A stretch of DNA of 63,629 nucleotides, the filler included, from Squatina squatina (taxonomy: Eukaryota): NCBI GenBank assembly GCA_031763465.1. It is 3 parts of 3 records of this genome, joined end to end, with 100 filler letters (N's around TTAATTAATTAA, not from the genome) between each part and the next. Parts side by side here need not be neighbours in the genome. Positions count along the whole stretch, not along the records: positions 1 to 24,740 come from JARFOE010000162.1; 2 more parts are not named here. One strand, 5' to 3'. Below the pieces are notes generated by a model. The model was not told where the DNA came from, did no database searches, and saw only the letters and a program-made list of their open reading frames with translations. The translations under genes were made by a program, and so were the position numbers. Positions 1 through 12,216 of the stretch are shown here, in pieces (positions within the stretch are counted from its first letter, which is position 1; every line of letters begins with the position of its first letter).

Positions 1-225
1 GTTCTGCCACCCTTTTTGTGTAGAAGTGTTGCCTAATTTCACTTCTGAAAGGTCTGACTCTAATTTTTAGACTATGCCCCCTTGTCCAAGAATCTCCAAC
101 CAGTGGAAATAGTTTCTCCATCTATGCTTACTGTTCCCCTTAATGTCTTGAAAACTTCGATCAGATCACCCCTTAACCATCTAAATTCTAGGGAATACAA
201 CCATAGTTTGTGTAATATCTCCTCT
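1..225 (-). mobile_element. CR1-clade LINE ORF2 C-terminal fragment
   Basis: Degenerate minus-strand translation GDLIEVFK...GHSLKIRVRPFRSEIRQHF, the typical CR1 ORF2 C-terminus. Confidence 0.8.
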
Positions 226-418
226 TATCAGGCAGCTTTTGAAGCTGGCAAGATATAGCAAGATGGAAGAGGTTCCTCATATGGTCTGGGTGCTGCTTAT
301 GGTTCTCTTCCCTGCCCCCCGAACTGGCTTAGTGAATGGGATTGCAGTAATGTCAGGCAGAACTATGGACGCACTCTATCCAAACTTATTTAATCAATGC
401 TGGGCATCTGCTGCTTAC

Positions 419-538
419 CCGTGCCAGCTTTCTTTGGAAGAACACGCTGTCCTGGGTTTAGCTCCATCAGGGCTGCCTCGCATGGATGTCCTTGAAGTTG
501 TTGTTTCGGTATTTATGCGGACTGATGCAGGTGCAGCA
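419..538 (-). CDS. Candidate 120-nt internal exon of an unidentified gene
   Basis: Acceptor tgcctttgtgtgtgcttctgttcag|T and strong donor CACGG|gtaagc. Phase 2-2, open frame (S)AAPASVRINTETTTSRTSMRGSPDGAKPRTACSSKESWH(G). Phase-compatible with 13118-13254. Confidence 0.45.
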
Positions 539-1369
539 CTGAACAGAAGCACACACAAAGGCAATGTTATGATTCTAGCTCGCTCCAGATACTTTCGCTC
601 TCGTGCCCAACTAAAGTTAGCTTCCAAAGGCATGCCCTGCTCCCTACATACTGAAACGAATCTGAGAGCGTGAACAATGAACACTTTTGCTGATGAGGTA
701 CACACTGGAAACTATCCAAGTTACCTTTGTACATACATGATGTCGCTGACTAGTAGCGAGACAACATGGATAGACCCTACAGGGTAAACTGTACGAGGTG
801 TAGGGAGCACGCTAACCCTGGGAGATAAAATGTACCCTAATATTCCAAAGCGAGAACTTGAAATGAAGCAAAATTAAAAAGCAACAGCCGATTTCACCAT
901 TGCAACAGTTAACCTGCAATCTTATGGTTCTTATGTTCTAATCCTCTTTCAGCATAAACAAACTGATAGATCTCTAAAGTAACATTTAGCTTGGATCAAA
1001 TAGCTGTGATTGATGTTTTACACAAAAATAGATGGCAAAATGCTTTACTTGCTAATTGCAATATACATAAAGATAAATCATTGCTACTGGCCACAGTAAT
1101 AATTCTCTCATTTTAAAGTAGACACCAAGACAGAGGAAAGTCAGAAGGGCACCCATCACAAATAATGTTGTCAATCACGAATAGGTTTTAAAGGTACAAG
1201 GACAGGGGGGAGAGGGAGAGTGAAGAGCCAGGCTGTGTTTGGGACTGAGATGACCCTTGTCTCAGGGCTCGAAACCCAGGAGAACTCTTCAGCAGGTTAG
1301 GTCGCCGTTGCAGGTGCATGGGTGGCTTGTTCCTGTATCCTGACACTAACATGAGCAGGCATCAGAGGG

Positions 1370-1465
1370 GAAAACAGCAACTTTTGGAAACACTCAGTGC
1401 ATTGACCAGCATCTGTGGAGGGAACAGGCAAGTTAACATTTTGGGTGCAGACCCTTTGTCAGGAT
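1370..1465 (-). mobile_element. Penelope-like element terminal-repeat fragment with decayed hammerhead core
   Basis: Minus strand reads CTGACAAAGGGTCTGCACCCAAAATGTTAACT...CAGATGCTGG. Same family as 56154-56395. Confidence 0.6.
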
Positions 1466-2499
1466 AGAGGGCATTTCACTCAACATCTGATCCTGCTGTA
1501 CCTTAGCTAGAAATGCTTGATATCAACACTGGCTTAACAAAAAGATAATCCATTCATTGGTAAAGTTTGGTGTTGCTCCTACACTATTTCCTGATTCACC
1601 TCATCTTCTTTCTTGTGGCTGTTAAAGTAGGTAGGACTAGTCTAAACTAAACTCCTGTGAGAACACCTTTTAGGTTGAAACCCTCATTAACACTCACAGG
1701 TAGAGTTATTGATTTGATTACTGGACTTCAGTTTTTTTTCTACAATGAACAATATTGATCAGCTTCACATGAATGAATAGCATAGGCAGTTGTTGTTTGC
1801 TGTTCTTTGGGGTAGAAGTTGGTCCCAGTGCGCCCATTTTGCGGGCAGAAAATTGGGGCAAAAATGACCATTTATGCAGGGCTATGCTCTGCACCCCAAG
1901 GATGGCCACGTTGGCATCAGACAATTTGTAGGCATCCTGAGCTGCTGGCCTGAGCGCCTGTTTAGGACCTTCAGTCTCTGTAACACTTCTGCTTTTACAC
2001 TCGCAGCTGAAGAAAAATTATCTGAATAATTTTAGCGCAGAGCTAGTTTCAAGCTCTCCTTGACTCAGCGGGACTGCAACTATCACAAAGAATGAATATA
2101 AATGTTAATGTTGCAGTGTTATCAAATATGGGCTCAGGCCTTGCTTCAATTCCACAGTCTGCTGCTTAGCAGTAGGACTATAATTTTACATTTATTTCGA
2201 TTCAATATTTTCCACAGTCAGTGAAGACAGAACTAGAAATTTTAAGCAGCTAACTGAAAAACTAAATGAGTTCCATTGATCTGCTGACCATATCATTCCT
2301 TAATTTCTAAATTAAAGATTGGTGACCAGTCCTTTAGTGATAAATATGAAAACTTCCTCATATAAAGTAAATANNNNNNNNNNNNNNNNNNNNNNNNNNN
2401 NNNNNNNNNNNNNNNNNNNNNNNNNNNNNNNNNNNNNNNNNNNNNNNNNNNNNNNNNNNNNNNNNNNNNNNNNTGGTTTAATTATCCTAGAAATGAGCT

Positions 2500-2740
2500 G
2501 CTCAATAGCGGAGTTTGTAAGCTGAGCGGAACTTAGCCAAACAGACCTGATGGATTCTCAGGTTCAATCCCAGATTGTGCTGAACTAATTGGTCTCCTAG
2601 TGTAGTGGTACAGCTGCTACCAGTGGAATGAATGCTCCTCGACTAGAAAAGGGTTTTCAATAATCAGCCAACAGTTCCTGCTGCTGATTGCTATCCAGTA
2701 ATTCCTCTTGTATGGACATCAGGTGAGGGCAGGATTGGTC
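2500..2740 (+). mobile_element. Old tRNA-headed SINE copy (family also at ~48835-49060 and ~51420-51690)
   Basis: B-box-like ggttcaatccc followed by shared motifs (tgtgctga, tgcta(c)aattggcctcag, aatcagcca) seen in three dispersed copies. Confidence 0.5.
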
Positions 2741-3833
2741 AACTGCTGTTGTTAACTGTCCAGGTTCACCCATGAAGAAAGGCAAGACACTGAAGGACCA
2801 CAGTGTCCGTAGATTCGTACCACAGTTTAAACCAGCATTTTCAGAGAGATGAGGGGACAAAACTGAGGAGAGAAGAAAAATTGTTCTTGACACAGCCACC
2901 TCATCAGAAAATGGCTTTTTTCTGATATTTATTTCAGCAACTTAATTAACGACAGTTATTAATCAAAGCAACAACAAACAGCGTCAAACAATCTCTCGAG
3001 AAAAATACTGCATTTTCAATAGTTAAAAGGTAAATGATTGCCAGTTTTAATGCATGTGCTGATGCCTTGCAAAATTGCCACTCTGTGACTCAGAGTTAAT
3101 GTCGTACCTGGGTAATGGATGAACAGGGAAAGGTCAAATACATAATAAAGGGAATATATATATCTAAACCAGACAGACTAATACAAATGTAGTATTTTAA
3201 TGAATAGACACCACTTTTAAAAGTGTCGAAGTTAAACAATGGTTTTTTTCTATTTTATGTTTGCTTAAGGGAGAATTAAAGACTGGAGGATATGCTTTCT
3301 CTTCAATGTATTTCCCATGTCTGTGACAAATGGGGGCTGCCTAATTGGTCCTTCAGCACTAGCGCTAAATAGGCGCAGAACGGGCGTAGGGAGTCTAACG
3401 CCCATTTTCAGCGCTAATTGCTAAGATGCAAAATTGATGTCTGTTTAATGCTGCCGCTAAATGGACGCTAATGTGGGAGTGCTGAAAACGTGGCACTGGG
3501 TGTAAAATGGCCTCTGTGATGTCATCAAAGGGTGCAGTGCCCAAAATAGCCGCCCAACATTGAATTGATCTCGGTTTTTGTAGCGTTAACCTGGTGGTGA
3601 CTGCACCCTGTTTTCTGGACGGTGACACCCGGAATGGACGTAATTTTGAGCGCTATTTAACTAGCTGTGAGCAGTAGCCATTTTATTCTCAGAAATTGGT
3701 GACTTGTTGCTGGAAGCGCTTTATTGCCATTGCNNNNNNNNNNNNNNNNNNNNNNNNNNNNNNNNNNNNNNNNNNNNNNNNNNNNNNNNNNNNNNNNNNN
3801 NNNNNNNNNNNNNNNNNNNNNNNNNNNNNNNNN

Positions 3834-4090
3834 ACCTCAGGAGGACCTAAAAGGTCGCATGGCACTATTTCAAAGAAGAGCAGGGAGTCCTGGCCACTAA
3901 TTGTCCCTCAAACAATATCATTAAAAAGAAGACTGTCTGGTCATTATCACATTGCTGTTTGTGGGGTCTTGCTGTGGGCAAATTGGCTGCCGTGTTTCCT
4001 TCATTACAAAATTGACTACACTTGAAAAGTCATTCATTGCCTCCAAAGCACTTTGGGACATCCTGAGGTCATGTATATAATGGTAAGTCT
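3834..4090 (+). mobile_element. Deu-domain SINE (SacSINE1-like), 3' part
   Basis: catggcactatttcaaagaagagcaggg...cacattgctgtttgtggg...ttgggacatcctgagg aligns by eye to 8657-9080. Confidence 0.75.
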
Positions 4091-6295
4091 TTCTTTTTTC
4101 CTTCCACAGGGCTTAAAAAGTCGATAACGGTGCAACATGCCCACAGTTTGTAAACTGCTTTGCTACATAAGTTTTGCCTTACAGCATTTGCCAAAAAAAG
4201 TCAAATTGAAAACAAAAAAGTTAAATCTGTAATAGCCTGAGTTAATACACTGCACTCGGAACATTACACAAAGCACTTAACAGTAGTAAAATTTAATTAG
4301 GAGAGACTGACTATGTCCCCGACTAATAAAGTGGTGTGTGAATAATAAATCTGAAAACTAGCACTCAGTTATGGCACCATCTCATTTATTGTGAGCACGA
4401 CAGTGTGAGATTAATCAGCTTAATCAGTTTGGTGGTTCTGATAAAAGACTTCGGAGGACTTACATCTCTTTTAATTAAACATGATATCAAATCCTGTGGG
4501 AGAATAAATGGACAGCGCTGATAACAAGAGGCGAAAACCGCAGGAATGGGGTTTAGAAATATTTGTTCAAACCGAGTTCAAAAGAAATATTAAAAGATTA
4601 ATAGACACTTTGTCAGTTCTTGTAGAGAAGGAAGTTGCACAACAACAAAAAAAGAGATTATGGGATTGAATAAATGAAATCCTGCCAAGCCTCTGGCCTC
4701 TAAAAAGCTTTGCAACCAGGCCTCTTGGGTGAGGGGCTGCTGATTTCCGCGGTAGGCTTCAGGCCATTGTTACACAGGGATTTAACAGGCTTTGTGATAC
4801 AACACTGCTTTGTTGGATTAAATTGTTTGCATTTATTAATTATTAACTAACAAAACAACTCAGAGATAAGGCTCCAGTTTCCATCAAAAGCCACCCAGAT
4901 GAAAATCTGAGTTCTTGTCAAAGTGTATTTTTTGGGGNNNNNNNNNNNNNNNNNNNNNNNNNNNNNNNNNNNNNNNNNNNNNNNNNNNNNNNNNNNNNNN
5001 NNNNNNNNNNNNNNNNNNNNNNNNNNNNNNNNNNNNNACCTCATTTTTATGGTTTCTGGTGGTTCTAAGGGGGACCCAAAATCTCCAAGATGATCGGGTT
5101 CAATGTGTTTCTGAATTTTCCCTGTTTTTATACTGCAGTCTGGATTGTAAACTAGCACCAAGTACATCTGTGCAATTCAAAACTAGCAAACCTGTCTGAA
5201 GCAACTGTGCAAGTCGACAATCATACAAGATACCTGGCTGTGTTTGTGACTTTCCTGTCTGCACAGTGTGATGTTGGGGAAAGCTCAATGCAGGCTAGTA
5301 GTACTTAAACCACATTGCTGGCCTGTATGGGAGGGCTGAAATGGGCAGCCACAATAATAAATAATCCAGAGAGCAAATATTTGCTTTTTAAAAAAATGTG
5401 TAGCAAAACATCAATTTTTGGAAATCTGAAGATTCCAATTTGAGCAGATTTGTGTTTGCATTCTATTGCAGGCAAGTATTGTCTCTTCTCCAGATTACAG
5501 AATCCATGTTTAAACCCATTTGTGCTGTAAATTTTCTAACAAACTGCAATCCCTCACGGGTACACGATATTGAGTCTTAATGTAAAACATGTAACAATGT
5601 CCTTCCTGTGATTGAACAACAGTAAGATCAGATAACTGACTAAGAGCTACACAACTTGTTAAAGATTTGTATCAAACCTCATGGAACTTTAGAATTCCCA
5701 ATGAGCCCACAATAGCTGTAACTTCATCAGTTTTTACCACCCTTCTCAGACACTTATATCTGTTCCCTGTTGATTCCTCCCAAGTCATTTTTATTGTAGT
5801 GGATTAGAGATCATGGATTCTATTATCAGAAGAACAGCAAATGCATTTTAATACAACATGAATAATAATCAGCTTCTTATCATATATCTGCAGGCTCCTA
5901 GCCCAGCCTCTTATGTTTGCAGTGTTTTATGTAATTTCACATCTTCTCCTCTTGTGCATGTACAGATTTAGTGAAGTCGCTAATAGATTCGCACTTGCTG
6001 CTTGTTTTTTCCAAGAGTACTTTAACCCTTTAGTGCCACATTGGCGTGAACCTTTTGGAAGAAAGAAACATATTTTGTGTGTGAATTTGGAAGGACATTC
6101 TGTCAGAAATGAATTACAGAGAATGTACAGCACTGACATTGGCCATTCAGCCCTACTGGTCCATGTTCCACAGGAGCCTCCTCCTACCCTCCTTCNNNNN
6201 NNNNNNNNNNNNNNNNNNNNNNNNNNNNNNNNNNNNNNNNNNNNNNNNNNNNNNNNNNNNNNNNNNNNNNNNNNNNNNNNNNNNNNNNNNNNNNN

Positions 6296-6460
6296 TAATA
6301 TCTCATCTGAAAGACAGTACCTCTGACAGTGCAGCACTCCCTCAGCACTGCACTGGAGTGTCAGCCGAGATTTTTGTGCTCAAGTTCCTGGAGTGGGACT
6401 TGAGCCCACAGCCTTCTGACTCAGAGGCGAGTGTGCTACCCACTGAGTCACAGCTGACAC
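6296..6460 (-). mobile_element. Deu-domain SINE (SacSINE1-like), tRNA-derived 5' head
   Basis: Reverse complement begins gtcagctgtgactcagtgggtagcac...gggctcaagtcccactccagg with A/B-box-like motifs, homologous to 8657-8800. Confidence 0.75.
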
Positions 6461-7432
6461 TGTAATGCCGGTTAAACACTGTAGGGTAGGACCTCTGCTG
6501 GGATGTAACCAACTTCCCAGTGTAACGTCGACAGAACATCGGTGGAAACATGGTTCATACCACCCCTCCGGTTTCCCTCGAGGTCCGCCAAAGTTACGGC
6601 CAGAGATCGGGATAACCATGGCAAATATTCTACTCCTGCGAATTCTCACAGCTACTCTCTGAGCTTTCTAGTTATGGTTTGTAATGAATTGTATTGAATG
6701 TGACTGTTTATACTACTTCATTTTGCCGACACCTTAAGGCACTGATTTAACCATAAATATTCATGAGGTCATTACTATCAAGTTGGTGTTTTGAAGTATT
6801 GTCAGGCATTATCGCCCTCATGCAATATACAAAATGTAGAAGCAGTTCCACCCCAGGATGATGCATTAAATTTCAATTTTTGTTCATTGAAAAAAGCACT
6901 GAGGCTATTTTGGAAAACTGGCCTGTCAGTTAAATAAATGTATTTTTTTTTACATTTTCCAATACTTTGCAATTATGCATTATTTATGCTCCATGGCATA
7001 TTTACTTATGAGTTGCCCAATAAAAAAAAACAAAATAAATGCCATTGCCAGTGAGAGAGGCAGGGCATTAATACTGGTTCCAATGCCCCTGTCCTAGGGG
7101 TAAACTCCAAATTGGCTGCAGTGAAGCAACTGGCTGGGGAAGAGAAGTGACCTCGAGGAAAATGACAGTTGGTGGGAAAATGAAGTTTGTGTCAAGGCAA
7201 ATTAACTTTACCACGAGCCAAATTTAATAATGTTTCGTCCCCTATGGTTGACGTAGGAGCTTTATAAAGTCAGAACATGCCTTTTGTGGGCTAACTGCCT
7301 GAATGAATACTTCACAAAAGCAAGGACCCTGANNNNNNNNNNNNNNNNNNNNNNNNNNNNNNNNNNNNNNNNNNNNNNNNNNNNNNNNNNNNNNNNNNNN
7401 NNNNNNNNNNNNNNNNNNNNNNNNNNNNNNNN

Positions 7433-7785
7433 CTGCTGCCATGGCCTCGCCCCTCCCTATCTCTGCCACCTCCTCCAGCCCTACAGCGCTCCTCCATTTC
7501 TGGCCTCTTACACATCCCTAATTTGAATTGCTCCATAATTGGCCTTCAGCAGCCTAAGCCCTAAGCTCTGGAGTTCCCTCCCTAAACCTCTCCGGCTCTC
7601 GATCTCTCTCTTCTCCTTTAAGACGCTCCTTAAAACCTAGCTCTTTGACCGAGCTCTTGTTCATCTGTCCTAATATCCCCTGATGTGGTTTGGTGTCAAA
7701 TTTTGTTTGAAAACGCTCCTGTGAAGCGCACTGGGATGTTTTACTATGTTAAAGGCACTATATAAATGCAAGTTGTCATTGTTGT
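7433..7785 (+). mobile_element. L2-clade LINE 3' end
   Basis: Ends ...cctgtgaagcgcactgggatgttttactatgttaaaggcactatataaatgcaagttg. Reverse copies lie at ~46850-46940 and ~47480-47682. Confidence 0.75.
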
Positions 7786-8656
7786 CCGTGGAGAGTAATA
7801 CTGGGCTGGGTGTAAAACTTCTGTTCCACCCGATCCCCATGGGTTTCTCGCCTGGTGAGTTAGTTTAAAGTTACCTCCACAATGCCAGTTTTACGCTGCA
7901 GAGATAAGTTGAAAATCCTAAGTCTTGGGCTCGTTTGCTACCACAAGTGAATGCACATTGCTTCTGATGCTCCCACCGCTATGACAAAGCAGCTTTATGT
8001 CTTTTTTTTAAGCATCAGCAGGATAACTTGCTCCTTACCGCCCAGAGGGTTAAACTGGCGTTGTGGAACGGGTTCCACAACAGCCGCCAAACACACAATG
8101 GCAGTTTAACGCGCTGGTGAAAAGTTGAAGATTTCTCCCCGCCCTACCCCCGACCCCCCCATGCACTTATGTTCATCATAGCAAAATTAAATGGGAACCA
8201 ACAAAATCAGTTCCAGCATTTTACTTGTCCTCAGCACCAGAAGTTAAAAACATTCATTAGCTCTGGGTGATTTGCTGAATAGAGATTAATGTGAATGAGT
8301 TAGAATCTTGACAATGCTGCATTCACATTTTCAGATGATGGACTGAAGTGTTTTTGCAATATATTTTAAGAAGAGCAACATGTCATCTATTAAGGAAAAA
8401 TGCTAGCTTTCCTAAACCCTGGGCATTCTTTTCTATTACCTGCCAGATGTGCACACTCTCGTCTAGTGATTTTTGTCATTCATCCTTTGGAACTTTGGGT
8501 CCACTGGTCGTCAGATGTTCTGTTGGAATGATCAGGTGTTGATATAAGGCAGTTCCATTTTACAATAGCTGTGGGTGTGTGCTCTTTCCGAATGTATGTT
8601 CCTACTGTACTTGGGGTCCCACTTTTAATACCCTTCTGGTTTCTTTCCTTCCTGTA

Positions 8657-9080
8657 TCAGCCAAGGCTCAGTTGGTAGCACTCTGAACTCTGAGTCAGAA
8701 GCTTGTGAGTCTGAGCCCCATTGCAGAGACTTGAGCACAAAATCTAGGCTGACACTCCAGTGCGGTGCTGAGGGAGTGCTGCACTGTCTTTCAGATGAGA
8801 TGTCTGCCTTGTCAGGTGGACGTAAAAGATCCCATGGGAATATTTTGAAGAGGAGCAGGGGAGTTCTATCCAGTGGCCTGGTCAATATTTATCCCTCAAA
8901 CAACAACACTAAAGAAAACAGATTATGTGGTCATATCACATTGCTGTTTGTGGGACCTTGCTGTGTACAAATTGGCTGCTGCATTTCCTACATTACAACT
9001 GTGACGACACTTCAAAAGTATTTAATTGGCTGTAAAACGCTTTGGGACATCCTGAAATGGGAAAGGTTTGATATAAGTGC
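8657..9080 (+). mobile_element. Near full-length tRNA-derived Deu-domain SINE (SacSINE1-like)
   Basis: tRNA-like head (ggctcagttggtagca...), central gatcccatgg...gaagaggagcaggggagttct...gtcaatatttatccctca Deu-like domain, and L2-like tail (cgctttgggacatcctga). Multiple copies occur in the window. Confidence 0.8.
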
Positions 9081-9319
9081 TTTTCCTTTCTTTCAATGAA
9101 ACTATGTAAACTACAAATTAAAAGGAATATAAAAGAAACTATTGTAGTGCCTCCCCTGAGATATGTTTTAACACTAATTCTTTCCTCAGTCTGCAAGTTA
9201 TTTCAAACTATTTACAGATACAAAAGTTTACCGGCAAATAGAAGAATTTAGTGAGCCTTTAGAGGTTGCATAGCTATCCTGGTGTATTCATAATCGTAAG
9301 TTTGCTGCATACTGTTGGG

Positions 9320-9735
9320 AACATAGGAGCAGAAGTAGGCCATTCGGCCCCTCGAGTCTGTTCTGCCATTCAATTTGACCATGGCTGATCAGTATCATTA
9401 CTCCATCTACCAGCCTAGGTTCTGTAACTCTTAATATCCTTGCATAGCAAACATCTATCAGTACAAAAGGCCAAACAGTGCAGATGCTGATAACCTGAAA
9501 TATATAGAGAAAATGCTGGAACTACTCAGCAGGTCAGGCAGCAATCTCAGTTTTGAAATTTTGAATTTGACTTCGCCTCAACATTTTTTTATGGTAGAAA
9601 GTTCCAGATTTCCACTACCCTTGTGTGAAGAAGTGCTTCCTGACATCGCCCCTGACAACACAGCTCTAGTTTGAAGTTTATGCCCCCTTGCTCTGGACTC
9701 CCCCACTGGAGGAAATAGTTACTCTCTATCTTCCC
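9320..9735 (-). mobile_element. CR1 LINE 3' end, interrupted by a Penelope-like fragment at 9461-9543
   Basis: aacataggagcagaagtaggccattcggcccctcgag tail plus ORF2 C-terminal remnant (RVVEIWNFLP). Confidence 0.8.
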
Positions 9736-10131
9736 AAGCAAATTTGAGGATATGTTCTTTAATATTTTGGGAATATTCTTCCTACAAGTTGACACAAGTC
9801 TAAGTTGTATCACAAAAATGTGCAGAAAATTCAGGCTGGAGCACATGCAAGAAACGGCTTGACTGTAAAGTGGAAAACCATTTACCATAATATATGTGCA
9901 GGGCAATTTTATGCTTTTAAGAATTAAGGCTATTATCACATGCCAGAGCTAATGATTTCATTTATTTCCATAATGAGGATGTTTAAAGCATTTAATTCTC
10001 ATGATGAGGGTAATTAAAACATTTATTTCAAATGATGACTATAATTAATTTCTGCTAAACTTTAGTTGGGGAGCACTTTTTTCCTTATATTAAAGTTTTA
10101 TTTATTGGTTTTATATCAGTGTCCTTAAATG

Positions 10132-10281
10132 TCAATGACTTCATCAGTGACCTTCCCTCCATCATAAAGTCAGAAGTGGGGCTGTTTGCTGATGATTCCA
10201 CAGTGTTCAACTCCATTGGTAATTCCTGAGATAACGAAGCAGTTTGTGCACGCATACAGCAAGACCTGGACAACATCCAGG
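10132..10281 (+). mobile_element. CR1-clade LINE reverse-transcriptase fragment
   Basis: Translates FISDLPSIIKSEVGLFADDSTVF...IQQDLDNIQ, containing the FADD RT motif. Runs into an 861-N gap. Confidence 0.85.
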
Positions 10282-12185
10282 NNNNNNNNNNNNNNNNNNN
10301 NNNNNNNNNNNNNNNNNNNNNNNNNNNNNNNNNNNNNNNNNNNNNNNNNNNNNNNNNNNNNNNNNNNNNNNNNNNNNNNNNNNNNNNNNNNNNNNNNNNN
10401 NNNNNNNNNNNNNNNNNNNNNNNNNNNNNNNNNNNNNNNNNNNNNNNNNNNNNNNNNNNNNNNNNNNNNNNNNNNNNNNNNNNNNNNNNNNNNNNNNNNN
10501 NNNNNNNNNNNNNNNNNNNNNNNNNNNNNNNNNNNNNNNNNNNNNNNNNNNNNNNNNNNNNNNNNNNNNNNNNNNNNNNNNNNNNNNNNNNNNNNNNNNN
10601 NNNNNNNNNNNNNNNNNNNNNNNNNNNNNNNNNNNNNNNNNNNNNNNNNNNNNNNNNNNNNNNNNNNNNNNNNNNNNNNNNNNNNNNNNNNNNNNNNNNN
10701 NNNNNNNNNNNNNNNNNNNNNNNNNNNNNNNNNNNNNNNNNNNNNNNNNNNNNNNNNNNNNNNNNNNNNNNNNNNNNNNNNNNNNNNNNNNNNNNNNNNN
10801 NNNNNNNNNNNNNNNNNNNNNNNNNNNNNNNNNNNNNNNNNNNNNNNNNNNNNNNNNNNNNNNNNNNNNNNNNNNNNNNNNNNNNNNNNNNNNNNNNNNN
10901 NNNNNNNNNNNNNNNNNNNNNNNNNNNNNNNNNNNNNNNNNNNNNNNNNNNNNNNNNNNNNNNNNNNNNNNNNNNNNNNNNNNNNNNNNNNNNNNNNNNN
11001 NNNNNNNNNNNNNNNNNNNNNNNNNNNNNNNNNNNNNNNNNNNNNNNNNNNNNNNNNNNNNNNNNNNNNNNNNNNNNNNNNNNNNNNNNNNNNNNNNNNN
11101 NNNNNNNNNNNNNNNNNNNNNNNNNNNNNNNNNNNNNNNNNNCCACAATTGATTCTTTGTTTTTCTTTTAAACAGGTGACCATGACCTTCCAGATGGCAA
11201 GGAGGTTGATGGTATAGCAAGCAATCCACCAGTTTTTAAGAATTTAAGACCTTATCTACAGACATCAAATGTACATCATGGTGATGATTTGAACTAAAGA
11301 TTTTGCCTTTCAAGGTCATGGCCTTATCCCATTCAGGGTCATTTGTTATCTTCTAAGTCAGTGTGCTCAAGAAGGGGAGATATGGAAGTCACTTCCAAAC
11401 TAATTACGAGCACTTTGGTTTCTAATGTGGAACCACCATATAAAACCACCAAGGCCGGGCAACACTTGTTTCAGAAATTGGAATTAATAATTCCCCTTGA
11501 ATTTTAGGGGGATAATCCAATTTTCATTGGAAGAAACTGTGGTCAAGACAATTTCAGTGTATCAAGTATTTGGAAATTAAACATTGACAAAACCTTCAAT
11601 CCAACAATACTGCTGTTTGGATTTGGGATCATTTTGAACTGATAAAATAGACTCAGGCACAATATAGCAGGTTATATTTGGGAAATAAATGATTTTCTAA
11701 AGTAAAGAATAAACAAAATGTGTTAATAACTGGGACAAAGTGGGAACATTAATCTATGTTTTCTATCTTTAATATTGTATTGAATAGTAAAGGTCTTTCA
11801 GGGCTCATGAATGAGATAGAATGGTAAATTAATGGAATGCCCCACTTAGGGTGTAAGATAGAAACTGGAAAATAACCACCAAAGGGGAATTACTCTAAAA
11901 TCATTTTCTTAGTGGAATTGGAATAAATCATATGGGCACAATTCAATGAAAGATATCAATCTGGTATCAATGTACATTCTAGTGAAAGTCAGGAAAGTGT
12001 AGATGGGAATAGTAAATTGATAGCTTTCTCTCGGAGATGTTTGTGTCCTTGCCTATGAACTTTTTAAGAAAGCTGCATTCAGTAATTTGGCCATTACCCG
12101 AGACACCGGGATCATGCAAAGATGAGCAAAGATCTCCTGTTACGATCACTTGGAAGCCCAAGAATGGCTTGTATTAGATGTCACA

Positions 12186-12216
12186 TGTGATGTGTGTGTG
12201 TGTGTGTGTGTGTGTG
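12186..12216. repeat. (TG)n microsatellite
   Basis: Direct reading of the sequence. Confidence 0.95.

Noticed and set aside
239-673. 144-aa plus-strand ORF
   Set aside because: Non-ATG start and no homology recognised. The splice signals favour a minus-strand exon at 419-538 instead.
8570-8600. gtgtgtgctctttccgaatgtatg resembling the ACYP2 VCFRM micro-exon
   Set aside because: It lies 42 kb upstream of the first coding exon, lacks a proper acceptor and does not give the right frame.
8657-8730. tRNA genes at SINE heads (also ~6390-6460, ~14240-14305)
   Set aside because: A/B-box-like motifs continue into SINE bodies and no complete cloverleaf is evident.
10085-11229. 300-350 aa ORFs (and 200-230 aa ORFs at 60734-61440)
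   Set aside because: They consist almost entirely of X residues from N gaps.
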